Positions 49,411 through 59,037 of a stretch of 64,000 bases of DNA are shown in pieces (within the stretch, counting starts at the first letter, position 1; every line of letters begins with the position of its first letter). This DNA comes from Halarcobacter sp. GTDB taxonomy: Bacteria; Campylobacterota; Campylobacteria; Campylobacterales; Arcobacteraceae. The DNA lies in the NCBI GenBank assembly GCA_963676565.1, contig OY781089.1, positions 2,880,001 through 2,944,000 of the forward strand, written 5' to 3'. Below the pieces are notes generated by a model. It searched no databases. It was given only the letters and a program-made list of their open reading frames with translations, and was not told where the DNA came from. Position numbers and translations under genes: made by a program.

Positions 49411-52400
49411 TCATCCCCTAACTCCAAAATATCAAATATATCATTCAGATATTTCATCTGTTCAATATTGATAACTCTATCATCTCTATATTGTTTAGGA
49501 ATTTTATTTCTAAACTCATCAATATTTAAAGGCTTGTGATTTATAAATTGTTCAATCATCATATCTGATAAAATACATCTTCTATCGTTTATGTCAAATT
49601 CTTTTGAAATCTCATCTTCTCTAAAGTTGATTAGCATTTCTTTTATCTCTTCATCTGGCAAAAATAATTGAGTATATTTATTTTGATTTAGTGTCTCTTC
49701 ATTATGATGATGTTCTTTTTTTTCTTTTTCAATTTCTTCTTGAATATCATCACTAATTTTTTTAACTTCAACCACTTCAATCTCTTGAACAGGCATAGAT
49801 TGTATTTTTCCATGATATTTTGCTTGAGCTTCTTTAACTACTTTTATCAACTTAGAAATTTCATTTTCTCTATTTTTATACCAGTCAACTGACCAAATTC
49901 TATAAACATCCCAGCCAAGTGTTTCTAAAACATCTTGTTTTAATCTATCTCTATCTCTTGCAGATTTAGATGAATGATAAGTTGCACCATCACATTCAAT
50001 AGCTAAAACAAAGTCATTTGGATTTTTAGCTGATGTCACAGCTAAATCAATGAAATATCCAGCAACACCAACTTGAGGAACTGCTTCAAATCCACAATCT
50101 TTTAAAATATTGTAAACAGAAACTTCAAACTCAGAATCAAAATCTCTATTTGTGATTTCTGGAGCTTCTGATACAACACCTTTTTCTAAATAATTTAAAA
50201 ATGCTTTTAGTGCTCTAACACCTCTTGAACTATTCTCAGAAATGATAATATCACTACTTCTCATTGATGTGAAGATTTCCATCTTTTGTTTAGAACGAGT
50301 GAACATAACGTTTAGTCTTCTCCATCCTGTATCAGAATTGATAGGACCAAATCTTTGATAAACTCTTCCTGTGTCTTTGTCTTTTCCAAAAGTTGTAGAG
50401 ATTAAAATTACATCTCTTTCATCCCCTTGAAGATTCTCAAGGTTTTTAATAAAGAATGGTTCACTTGTTTTAGACCATTTAGCAATATAGTTAGAAATAA
50501 TTGGAGATTCTTTTTCTCTTTCATCAACCATATCTTGAATTAAATCTCTTTGTGTAGAGTTAAATGTTCCAATACCAATTGACCTATCTGGATAGTTTTT
50601 CATTTGTTTTTCTAAATGTTCAATGATGATTTTTGCTTCAACTTTGTTTCTACTACTTTGATAAGCAGAATTTTCAATGTAATGATATTTAACACCTAAT
50701 TCATCACTATTTTTGCTTGATGGAGAAGGGAATACAATTAAATTGTCTTCATAAAATTGTTTATTTGAAAAATCAATTAAACTTTCATGTTGAGAACGAT
50801 AATGCCATCTAAGTTGTCTAATAGGTTTGTACAAATTTAAACATATATCTAAAATTGATTCACTTTCACTTGCAACTGTTTCTTCATCTTCTGTTTTATT
50901 CATAGAATCAAAGAATGATGTTGGAGGTAACTGTTTAGGGTCTCCAACAATTACAATTTGATTCACTCTTGCAATTGCTCCTAATGCTTCTTCTGGTTTT
51001 AACTGTGATGCTTCATCAACTATTAAAACATCAAACTCAACTTGATTAGGTGGTAAATATTGAGAAACAGATAATGGACTCATCATAAAACAAGGTTTTA
51101 GTGCTTGAATAGCTCCAGATGCTCTTGCAACTAATTGTCTAATTGGAATATGTCTTTTCTTTTTATTTATCTCATGCTCAACTAAACTATAATCAGTTAA
51201 ATCACTAACTCTGTTCCCTCTGTAACCATATGGAATATCTCTTTGACTTGCTAAATAAGCTACCTTTCGTTTATTTAATTCAATAAGCTTTATATCTAAC
51301 TCTTTAAATGTTTTAAGAGATTCTTCATGAGATAATCTACTAAATCTATTGAAAAGCTCATTCTTTCTAAATATTTCTTTCAATAGAGTGTGATAGAAAT
51401 TGTATTTAAAGTTTTTGATAATTTCAGTATTAGGTAGACTCTCATTTTCAATTGCAGTTATTATTGATGTTAAACTTTGATTATTTAAGTCATGAGTTAT
51501 CTGTCTAAAGTTAATCCAAATAGATAAAGTTTGTTTATTCTCATCTATTTTTTCAAGTTTCTCAATACAGTCACTTATCTTTATATTTTCTCCAAAGAAT
51601 TCATCTTTTATAGAACCTTTTGATTCTATTTCAACATAGATATTTTCAATATTTTTTTGTGTCGCTGCAATTGATTCAAGAATACTCATATTATCAATAT
51701 TTTGAGTTATATATTGTTTTAGATTATTATCAAGATTAGAGCCAAATATAAACTCATATAGCTCTTTTGTTCTAACTATCTGTTCATATAGTTCATCACT
51801 AAGTTCTATATCAATATTTTTAATTGATGAATTTATTTTTTGAGATAAATTAATGAACTCTTCAAAATTTAATATGAAATGATTAATTCCTACATCATTT
51901 CTTTTTAATATAGCAAATATATCTTCTAATTCATCACTTGTTATTAATTTAAATAGTTCTTCTTCTAAATTTGAGTTTTGATTTAAATTAGATGCCTTAT
52001 AAAATGATTCAATCAAATAATCAATATCATCATTGATAGTCTCTAATTTGTCTTTTAATTCGATTATATCAATATCATCTTTATCATAGTAAAGTTTTTT
52101 AATAAACTTTTTATCAGATGTTTTTTCTATTTCATTTAATAAATTATTATACGATTCTAAGTTTCCTGTCAATGAATCTTTATATGAAATTAATAAATTA
52201 TATTTTGATGTTTCTCCAGAGATTAATAAGTTTAGAATCTCTGAGATGTTTATCTCTTTTTTTATAACTAAAACCCAATTATGAAGTTTTTCAATATCAT
52301 TAGTGTTAGTTTCTATACCATTAAACATATTTTTAAAATATTCTATATAATGTTCATTATTTTCAAATTGTTCTCTACAATAAATATATTCTTTTATTTT

Positions 52401-54827
52401 AGTAATAATACTATTCCATTCAGAGTTGTTTTTAGGAAGAGAATCTAATAATAAAGAATTGATTAGTTTTTTTGCTGTTTTAAATTCTCCAGATAGAAAA
52501 TTAAAAAAAGAATCTTTTTTATCTTGGATAACCTTTTCGGCATAGTCAATCTCTTTAATTGAGATACTATCTACTTTATCAATTGATGCAATTAATCTTA
52601 AGTCTAATCGTAATTGTTTATAGTAACTTAAATCTTTTTTCATATCATCAAACTCTTTTGAGAATGATGTATCTAAGTAATTTGTGTTAATTGAAGAGTA
52701 TAAAGCTTCATCAACATGAGATAAGTATTTAATACCATTACACAGTTGATTAATGTATTCAATGTTCTTATTATTAGATGTGGTAGCTTCATTTTTGATA
52801 TGTTTTAAAATCTTATTAATCTTTGATATATTAATGATTAATTGTTCAAATAATTCACTGTTTTTACTAAAAGCTTCAATATCATTTTTAATATTTGATA
52901 TTGCATTTTTTACACTTTCAAAATTAGATAAATATTCATCATAGACATTCGGATTTTGAGATAGATTAGATAATATATTTTTAGAATATTCATCATCTCT
53001 TTTATTATATTCTTCTACAAAAGAATGAATCTTTTTACTTTCTGTATATTCATTTTGAATTTCAATATTTAATGATTTATATTGTTCTTCAAGCTTTTCA
53101 AAATCAAACTTAAGAGATTTAAGAGTTGTTATAAATGTATCTATATCAACAAAATTAAGATTATATGTATCTAAACCTCTCCAATAAAAGTTATTAAAGT
53201 CATACTCTTTTAAATAAGATTGATACTTTTTTAATATCTCAATCGTATTTGATAGTTTGTACGCATTATATTCATTTGCATTAGGAACATCAAATTTTAG
53301 GTATTCAGAAGACTTACTATATCTTTCAACTAACCAAAATATATTATAAACTTTTTTGTTTATTGCTCCATATGGTTCATGTAATAAATCAATATATGCT
53401 TTTAGTTCTTTCTTTTTTGCTTCAATTTGCTCAATTGTAATTTCTATGTATTCAACATAACCATATTTAGAGTCAATTCTTTTTTTGATACTTTCTAATA
53501 TTTTTGTTTTTTGTGATTTATGACTATGTAATTCTAAACAAAAATCTGAAAGACCAATTGAGCCAAGTCTTTTATGAACTACTTCTAATGCAGCAAGTTT
53601 TTCAGAAACAAATAAAACTGATTTTCCTTCAGCTAATAGTGCAGCAATTAAATTTGAAATTGTTTGGGACTTTCCTGTTCCTGGGGGTCCTTCTATTACA
53701 ATGTTTTTGCCATTTAAAACATCAACAATTGCACTATGTTGTGAAGAGTCAGCATTCATAACAAGAGGAATTTTATTCGCTAACTTATCTCCATCAATAT
53801 CATACTCCTCTGCAAACATTGCAGATTCAGATATTTCTTTTCCTTCAAAAATGTCTTTAAAAATATCTTTTTCAGATAAAGGTGTACCATTTTTCCAATT
53901 TTCTTCATTTAAATCTTGATACATTAGTATCTTCCCAAATTTTAGAAAATCAATTGCTATTTCATGTTTTAATGACCAATCTTTTTGTAGTTTTATAGCT
54001 TCACTTACTTCTTTTAAGTAGTCATAATAACTTAGCTCTTCTGTAAGTTCTGGAAGAATAATTCCATAGTCATTATTTAACTTTTCAGCTAATGACCTGT
54101 TTGTATCAATTCCAGCACCAGTATATTCTAAAGTAAATTCATATCTGTTGGCTCTTTTTTCTTTATTTAAAACAATTGGAATACTGATAAGTGGAGATTT
54201 ATTAGATTGTTCAGAGTTTTTTGCTTCTTTCCATTCTAATAATCCAAGAACAAGATAAAGCATGTTTGAACCAGTTTCTTCAATAATTGTTCTTGCATCT
54301 CTTTCAATTGAAGTTAATATTTTTTCCATTTCATTTGGATAATGAAGTGTCTGTAAAGAATCATCTGTATGTTTTTCTTCCACATCAGAACTATTTAAAT
54401 CAATTTCTGGAAGCTCTTTTGAAATATCATACCCTAATTCTTTTGCTCTTTCTTCTGCTGTAAGTAATGCTTGTTTTTGAAGCTCTTTCTTTTCTTCTTG
54501 TAAGCCTTCAATGATGAACTGCAATTGTTTAATAGCTTCATCATTTTCTTGTTTTATAGCTTCTTCTAATTCTTTCCTATGCTCATTGATTTCTTCATCA
54601 ATTTTTTCAAAATCTTTTTGAGAAATTGCTGGTTCTGGAATGAATTCAAATTTAAATGTGCCTTCTTCTTTAACTAAAAAGTTATAAATGAATTCAGCAG
54701 ATTCATCAATAATTCTTAGATTTTTAGTTTTAGAAGGTCTTTTATAGTTTATAAGTTTATTTCTTCTTGATGTATCAATTAACTTGTCTCGTAATTCACT
54801 AATTCCTCTTGAAAATAAATTACTCAT
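49407..54827 (-). CDS. DUF4011 SF1 helicase with C-terminal very-short-patch-like nuclease (Hhe-like defence protein)
   Basis: LIDTSRRNKLIN, EETGSNMLYLVLG, GPPGTGKSQTI, DEASQ, QGDERD, FDSEFE...IDLAV...IECDGATYH. Confidence 0.9.
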   Translation of the reverse strand: MSNLFSRGISELRDKLIDTSRRNKLINYKRPSKTKNLRIIDESAEFIYNFLVKEEGTFKFEFIPEPAISQKDFEKIDEEINEHRKELEEAIKQENDEAIKQLQFIIEGLQEEKKELQKQALLTAEERAKELGYDISKELPEIDLNSSDVEEKHTDDSLQTLHYPNEMEKILTSIERDARTIIEETGSNMLYLVLGLLEWKEAKNSEQSNKSPLISIPIVLNKEKRANRYEFTLEYTGAGIDTNRSLAEKLNNDYGIILPELTEELSYYDYLKEVSEAIKLQKDWSLKHEIAIDFLKFGKILMYQDLNEENWKNGTPLSEKDIFKDIFEGKEISESAMFAEEYDIDGDKLANKIPLVMNADSSQHSAIVDVLNGKNIVIEGPPGTGKSQTISNLIAALLAEGKSVLFVSEKLAALEVVHKRLGSIGLSDFCLELHSHKSQKTKILESIKKRIDSKYGYVEYIEITIEQIEAKKKELKAYIDLLHEPYGAINKKVYNIFWLVERYSKSSEYLKFDVPNANEYNAYKLSNTIEILKKYQSYLKEYDFNNFYWRGLDTYNLNFVDIDTFITTLKSLKFDFEKLEEQYKSLNIEIQNEYTESKKIHSFVEEYNKRDDEYSKNILSNLSQNPNVYDEYLSNFESVKNAISNIKNDIEAFSKNSELFEQLIINISKINKILKHIKNEATTSNNKNIEYINQLCNGIKYLSHVDEALYSSINTNYLDTSFSKEFDDMKKDLSYYKQLRLDLRLIASIDKVDSISIKEIDYAEKVIQDKKDSFFNFLSGEFKTAKKLINSLLLDSLPKNNSEWNSIITKIKEYIYCREQFENNEHYIEYFKNMFNGIETNTNDIEKLHNWVLVIKKEINISEILNLLISGETSKYNLLISYKDSLTGNLESYNNLLNEIEKTSDKKFIKKLYYDKDDIDIIELKDKLETINDDIDYLIESFYKASNLNQNSNLEEELFKLITSDELEDIFAILKRNDVGINHFILNFEEFINLSQKINSSIKNIDIELSDELYEQIVRTKELYEFIFGSNLDNNLKQYITQNIDNMSILESIAATQKNIENIYVEIESKGSIKDEFFGENIKISDCIEKLEKIDENKQTLSIWINFRQITHDLNNQSLTSIITAIENESLPNTEIIKNFKYNFYHTLLKEIFRKNELFNRFSRLSHEESLKTFKELDIKLIELNKRKVAYLASQRDIPYGYRGNRVSDLTDYSLVEHEINKKKRHIPIRQLVARASGAIQALKPCFMMSPLSVSQYLPPNQVEFDVLIVDEASQLKPEEALGAIARVNQIVIVGDPKQLPPTSFFDSMNKTEDEETVASESESILDICLNLYKPIRQLRWHYRSQHESLIDFSNKQFYEDNLIVFPSPSSKNSDELGVKYHYIENSAYQSSRNKVEAKIIIEHLEKQMKNYPDRSIGIGTFNSTQRDLIQDMVDEREKESPIISNYIAKWSKTSEPFFIKNLENLQGDERDVILISTTFGKDKDTGRVYQRFGPINSDTGWRRLNVMFTRSKQKMEIFTSMRSSDIIISENSSRGVRALKAFLNYLEKGVVSEAPEITNRDFDSEFEVSVYNILKDCGFEAVPQVGVAGYFIDLAVTSAKNPNDFVLAIECDGATYHSSKSARDRDRLKQDVLETLGWDVYRIWSVDWYKNRENEISKLIKVVKEAQAKYHGKIQSMPVQEIEVVEVKKISDDIQEEIEKEKKEHHHNEETLNQNKYTQLFLPDEEIKEMLINFREDEISKEFDINDRRCILSDMMIEQFINHKPLNIDEFRNKIPKQYRDDRVINIEQMKYLNDIFDILELGDE

Positions 54828-54863
54828 TTGCTTCCTTGTTTAAATTGTATTCCAAAATATCAT

Positions 54864-54898
54864 ATTATAAAATATTTAAATTACCTAATTAAGTAATT
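54864..54898 (-). promoter_or_regulatory. box-2 promoter (DUF4011 helicase)
   Basis: AATTACTTAATTAGGTAATT palindrome; AGGTA - 12 nt - TATAAT. Confidence 0.7.
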
Positions 54899-55821
54899 CA
54901 TTGTTTTTTTAAATATTCATCTATATTCTTTTTAATCTCTTTTTTTAACTCATCTGGTTCAATAACAGATATATATGGCATATATCTTTGAATTGTTGGA
55001 ATAATTTCCATCAAATCAGTTATTGTCACTTCTATTTCAAGAGAACCATCTTTATGTTTTTTTAAAATTCTTTGGGCAGATGATAATGGTTTTCTTATAA
55101 AATATCTTGCAACATTTCTATAAATATATAGTTGAACATTAATAAGCTCATTTTCTGGTTTATAATAAGCTGTTATTGCTTTATCAAAACCTTTTACTTT
55201 CTTTTTATCAAATTGAAAGTTTGAATGAAGAACTTCAATTTCTTTAATTGTATTAAGATGAAATGTTTTAATTTTGTCATCTTTAGGTTCATAAATAATT
55301 AGATACCAATATCCTTCAAGATTTAAAATCTTCAAAGGAAAGATTTCTCTGTGCTTATTGTTATAAAAACATTTGATTATATTTTTTGCCTCAATAGCAT
55401 TTCTAATTTGAATTATTTCTTCTTTGAATTCATCAAATTTTTCTACCGAGGATTGTTGATAAATGTTATTAGACAATTCATCTTCAAATTTATGAAATAG
55501 AGCATCAGTCTTTTCAAATAAATCCTCATCTGTATGTTTGTCTTTTGATTTAAATTTTAAGATAGAAATAACAGCTAATTCATCTGCATTAAAAAGTGTT
55601 TTTGTTAAAAAATTGTTAGATGCTTTATAAACTTTTTCAGAATAATTGTATTTTATCTTTTCATCTAAAAATAATGGAATAATGTAATCTTTAAAATCAG
55701 TTTGAATGATTTTTTTAGAAACTCCAAATCTTTCAGCAACATCAGGTGTAGATAAAGAATAACCTTTTGAAAGTAGTGTAAGAATGGATGATAATCTCTT
55801 TATTCTATTTGTTAAGTTCAT
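54898..55821 (-). CDS. HTH-WYL-WCX transcriptional regulator (WYL-2)
   Basis: VAERFGVSKKIIQTDF HTH, PLKILNLEGYWYL, KTFHLNTI, YMPYISVIEPDEL. Confidence 0.92.
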   Translation of the reverse strand: MNLTNRIKRLSSILTLLSKGYSLSTPDVAERFGVSKKIIQTDFKDYIIPLFLDEKIKYNYSEKVYKASNNFLTKTLFNADELAVISILKFKSKDKHTDEDLFEKTDALFHKFEDELSNNIYQQSSVEKFDEFKEEIIQIRNAIEAKNIIKCFYNNKHREIFPLKILNLEGYWYLIIYEPKDDKIKTFHLNTIKEIEVLHSNFQFDKKKVKGFDKAITAYYKPENELINVQLYIYRNVARYFIRKPLSSAQRILKKHKDGSLEIEVTITDLMEIIPTIQRYMPYISVIEPDELKKEIKKNIDEYLKKQ

Positions 55822-55914
55822 TTAAATATAATATAACAAAACCATTAATTTATTACTTAAAAAAGTTATTTTAAATCAATCACATTTATTTTTTTTGTGC
55901 CTAATTTACTAAAT

Positions 55915-55946
55915 TACTTAATTAGGTACTTCACTATGAATAAAAT
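55915..55946 (+). promoter_or_regulatory. box-2 site next to WYL-2
   Basis: TACTT aatt AGGTA - 12 nt - TAAAAT. Confidence 0.6.
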
Positions 55947-55951
55947 AATTT

Positions 55952-56397
55952 AAAAAAGCTTAGAGATTTGATATAAATGAATTAAAAAACTCAACTTACC
56001 ATAATTATTGAAGTAGTCTTTTTCTTGGCTACATCTGGCATTTAATATTCTATCTTTTGAATATACTTATTATACAAAGAGATATGAGGACACTCTTCTT
56101 TGATTTGTTTTACTTTTAGATCTATATTTACATACAGTTGAGTACAACTTTCTACATTTTCTGTTGTTGGGTTCACTGATAAAAGACCTGCACATAGACT
56201 GTGAACATCATTTAAAACTTTAATATCATCTGTGATTCTTATAAAGTTAGGAAGTTCTTCATTCATTTTAGAGTGTACATATGAAGTTAAAACATATGAA
56301 ACTCCTATGCCAATAAGTGCTGAAATAGATGTTATCTTTAATAGTCTTATAACTTTGTTTTTCATCTTAAAATCATATCAAATCTCTAAGCTTTTTT
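55952..56397. repeat. perfect 23-bp inverted repeat flanking a small gene
   Basis: AAAAAAGCTTAGAGATTTGATAT (55952-55974) is the reverse complement of 56375-56397. Confidence 0.9.
56042..56365 (-). CDS. small membrane-anchored hypothetical protein
   Basis: 107 aa, N-terminal TM, three Cys. Confidence 0.65.
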   Translation of the reverse strand: MKNKVIRLLKITSISALIGIGVSYVLTSYVHSKMNEELPNFIRITDDIKVLNDVHSLCAGLLSVNPTTENVESCTQLYVNIDLKVKQIKEECPHISLYNKYIQKIEY

Positions 56398-56469
56398 CAA
56401 ATAACTTACTTGAGCTTTATATTCTTTGAACTATCTTGATATTTCATCTTCTTAACTCTTTACCTTTTC

Positions 56470-56920
56470 TTGAGGTTGCACAGAATATTGGCCTAAGAGA
56501 AAAAAATCTCTTAAGTGTAATCTTTCCGTCGGAAGTCCCAAAAGAATGGGAATAGAATTAAATTATATTGTCATATCTCAATATCTTTAACGAGAACTGT
56601 CTTTTAAAGACACACTTGGGCGGAGCCCCTTACCCTTTGCAGCAATTTCTTGCAAGTTCAAGTGATTGGCTAATCTCCTAAAGCATCGATTAAAGCTCGG
56701 CATATCTGGTGATATAAACAGTCTATTTCCGAAACTATTCAAAAGACAGAGTCTTTTTTATTCTTCAACCCATATGCTTTAAAGCACTTAGGAGAGGGAA
56801 TCGGCACACCAAAGGCGGGTTTTTCTTTTGCTTATATATGAGGGCTTAGAACAATGATAAGAAACTGTATCAACAAACAATTCTGCTTTAGGTTGTTTTT
56901 GACACCAATAGGCACCTCAA
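56470..56920 (-). ncRNA. candidate ~450-nt structured non-coding element
   Basis: No ORF, locally GC-enriched, ends base-pair, many internal stems; TATAAT at 56963-56968 on the minus strand. Confidence 0.5.
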
Positions 56921-57247
56921 AAGCTCTTCTAAAAAAAACCAAAAAAAGCTTTTATTTTCTGTATTATATTCACTATGGAAAATTAATCCACTGTAATATA
57001 TAAAATTTGTAAAATAATTTTTATATATTCTTTCTTTTGTAAAAAATATATTTACATTAACCATATAATAGATGGTTTATAAAAGTTATTACACTAAATT
57101 AAACTTAATCAAACATTAAAGTAATAAAAATAATTAAATTTAAGAATTTAAAAGTTAATTATATTAAAGTTAAGAAAATTTTAAGAATAACCTTATAATA
57201 TTTTCCTCAAGAGATGGCCATCTCCTAAAAAACAATTAGGAGAACTA

Positions 57248-57940
57248 ATGAAAAAAACATACCCGAATAAAATCAAGATTGAATTTGATTTTACAAATGA
57301 AGAAAGAACTTACAGCAAAGAAGAAATTGTAAATGATTATATTTTCAGATGTTTGGAAAATATAGAAAGAGCTGTTTTAAATAAGTATATAAATACGTAT
57401 GGCGATCCAACTTGTGGATTATGGAATCAAGTTGAAATCTTATGTACCAACTTTGTCTCTACACTTGAGAAAATAATTGAAACTAATGATTTAGAATATT
57501 CAAACTTTATCATTAATAACATAGAACAATTTCTAACTAAAGATAGAAAATATAGACAACAAAACCAAAAGCTTTTTTTACCATCTTTAGATATTGAGAA
57601 CTTGGATGATGAATCTTTTGTTTGTGAACTTCTTGGATTAAAGAGTGAAACAAAAGACGTTAGAAAAAATTTAGAGAAAATCAAAAGTAAATATTACTTT
57701 GAAGATTCGGAAGAGGTAAGTCATTGCATTAAAAAAGACTATATTGCTTCTTACGGAGATATTATTGGTAAGGTATTTACACAGTTAGAAATTTTTCATG
57801 AGCAAATTTTAGAGATCTATGAAGAGGCAATGAAAATTAATGATTCAAACTTTTACACAAAGTTTGTAAGCAACAATATTGATGAGTTTTTAATTAGAGA
57901 CCAAAAGTATTTAAATGCTCAATTAAAAAGGAGTATCTAA
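57248..57940 (+). CDS. hypothetical protein with internal duplication
   Basis: YINTYGD...NNIEQFLTKDRKY and YIASYGD...NNIDEFLIRDQKY. Confidence 0.75.
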   Translation: MKKTYPNKIKIEFDFTNEERTYSKEEIVNDYIFRCLENIERAVLNKYINTYGDPTCGLWNQVEILCTNFVSTLEKIIETNDLEYSNFIINNIEQFLTKDRKYRQQNQKLFLPSLDIENLDDESFVCELLGLKSETKDVRKNLEKIKSKYYFEDSEEVSHCIKKDYIASYGDIIGKVFTQLEIFHEQILEIYEEAMKINDSNFYTKFVSNNIDEFLIRDQKYLNAQLKRSI

Positions 57941-58218
57941 TGAATTTTAGTGGGAATGCAAATGAAGAATTTCTATTCAGATTTATAGAACAAAAAATTA
58001 CTGAAGGATCTATTGAAAATATAGACTTCAGTAAGTGCAGTATATCAGGTTACGATTTCTCTCATATAAAATTTTATAATGTAAGCTTTAAAAAAGCTGC
58101 TCTTGTTGATTGTAATTTCGACAATGCAACTTTTGAAAATGTTAATTTAGATTTAGTAACTATTGAAAAGTGTAGTTTTGAAAATGTAGAATTGATAAAT
58201 ACCGAGTTGACTTATTAG
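57940..58218 (+). CDS. pentapeptide repeat protein
   Basis: IDFSK/YDFSH/VSFKK/AALVD/CNFDN/ATFEN repeats. Confidence 0.8.
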   Translation: MNFSGNANEEFLFRFIEQKITEGSIENIDFSKCSISGYDFSHIKFYNVSFKKAALVDCNFDNATFENVNLDLVTIEKCSFENVELINTELTY

Positions 58219-58227
58219 ATATATACA

Positions 58228-58252
58228 ATAAGGGAGATTATTACTCTCTTAT
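58228..58252. terminator. hairpin between convergent genes
   Basis: ATAAGGGAG-attatta-CTCTCTTAT. Confidence 0.5.
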
Positions 58253-58302
58253 TATTAACTTGTTAAGTTATATAAATTCCTTTATTTTGAATATTTTATC
58301 CT

Positions 58303-59037
58303 CTATATATTATCCTTCTCTAATAAGTCTATGTATCTTAATAAAAGTCTTCCTAATGGAGTTATAGTATGTCCAATTGCTTTAATCATTCCTGTTTCTT
58401 CATCAAACTCTGGGAGTTCTCCTTTTCGTGGCTTTTTAAAATTTCTTTGTAATAAATTAAATCTCACAAGTTTATCTCTATATGTATCAAATAAAATACT
58501 TTGATCAATCAGCTCAGAAGATAAACCAAGTTCTTCAGTATGAGACATAAGAAGTTCTTCATGTTTTTTATTGAACTCATCATCATATCTTGCTTCATCA
58601 GTATGACTATATAAAATTAGAACCTCTATATCATTTAATTCATTCATAATATTAAGAAAAATATTTTTTTGAATTTCATCAAGATTATCATCATCTAATC
58701 CATTAATCAAAATAGATGCTAAATATTCTTTTCTTTCATTTGATGTAGCCTTAGTAGATTGCCAACTTGCTTCTGAAAATAGATCTAAAAATCCTTCATC
58801 TGTCATTTTAGATTTTAAAGTATTAATATCTTCACCCATTTCTCCAAGTTTTCTATCCAAAACTTTTAGAAAGTCACTTATTCTATCCATTCTTTGACCT
58901 GGAATAAGAGAACCGATCATTTCGGCTAAAATAGGTCCAGCAATAGGAATAGCTCCTATTCCACCTTTTACATATCCAGTTAGTGTATCTACTGACTGCT
59001 CTTCTGTGTCATAAACTGTAATTTCATCATTTTTCAT
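58303..59037 (-). CDS. hypothetical protein (DUF4393/Abi-alpha-like)
   Basis: GAIPIAGPILAE amphipathic start; C-terminal winged-helix-like ITPLGRLLL. Confidence 0.55.
   Translation of the reverse strand: MKNDEITVYDTEEQSVDTLTGYVKGGIGAIPIAGPILAEMIGSLIPGQRMDRISDFLKVLDRKLGEMGEDINTLKSKMTDEGFLDLFSEASWQSTKATSNERKEYLASILINGLDDDNLDEIQKNIFLNIMNELNDIEVLILYSHTDEARYDDEFNKKHEELLMSHTEELGLSSELIDQSILFDTYRDKLVRFNLLQRNFKKPRKGELPEFDEETGMIKAIGHTITPLGRLLLRYIDLLEKDNI

Noticed and set aside
56470..56920. Group I intron, tmRNA or RNase P identity
   Set aside because: Only isolated short resemblances; conserved elements are not present in order.
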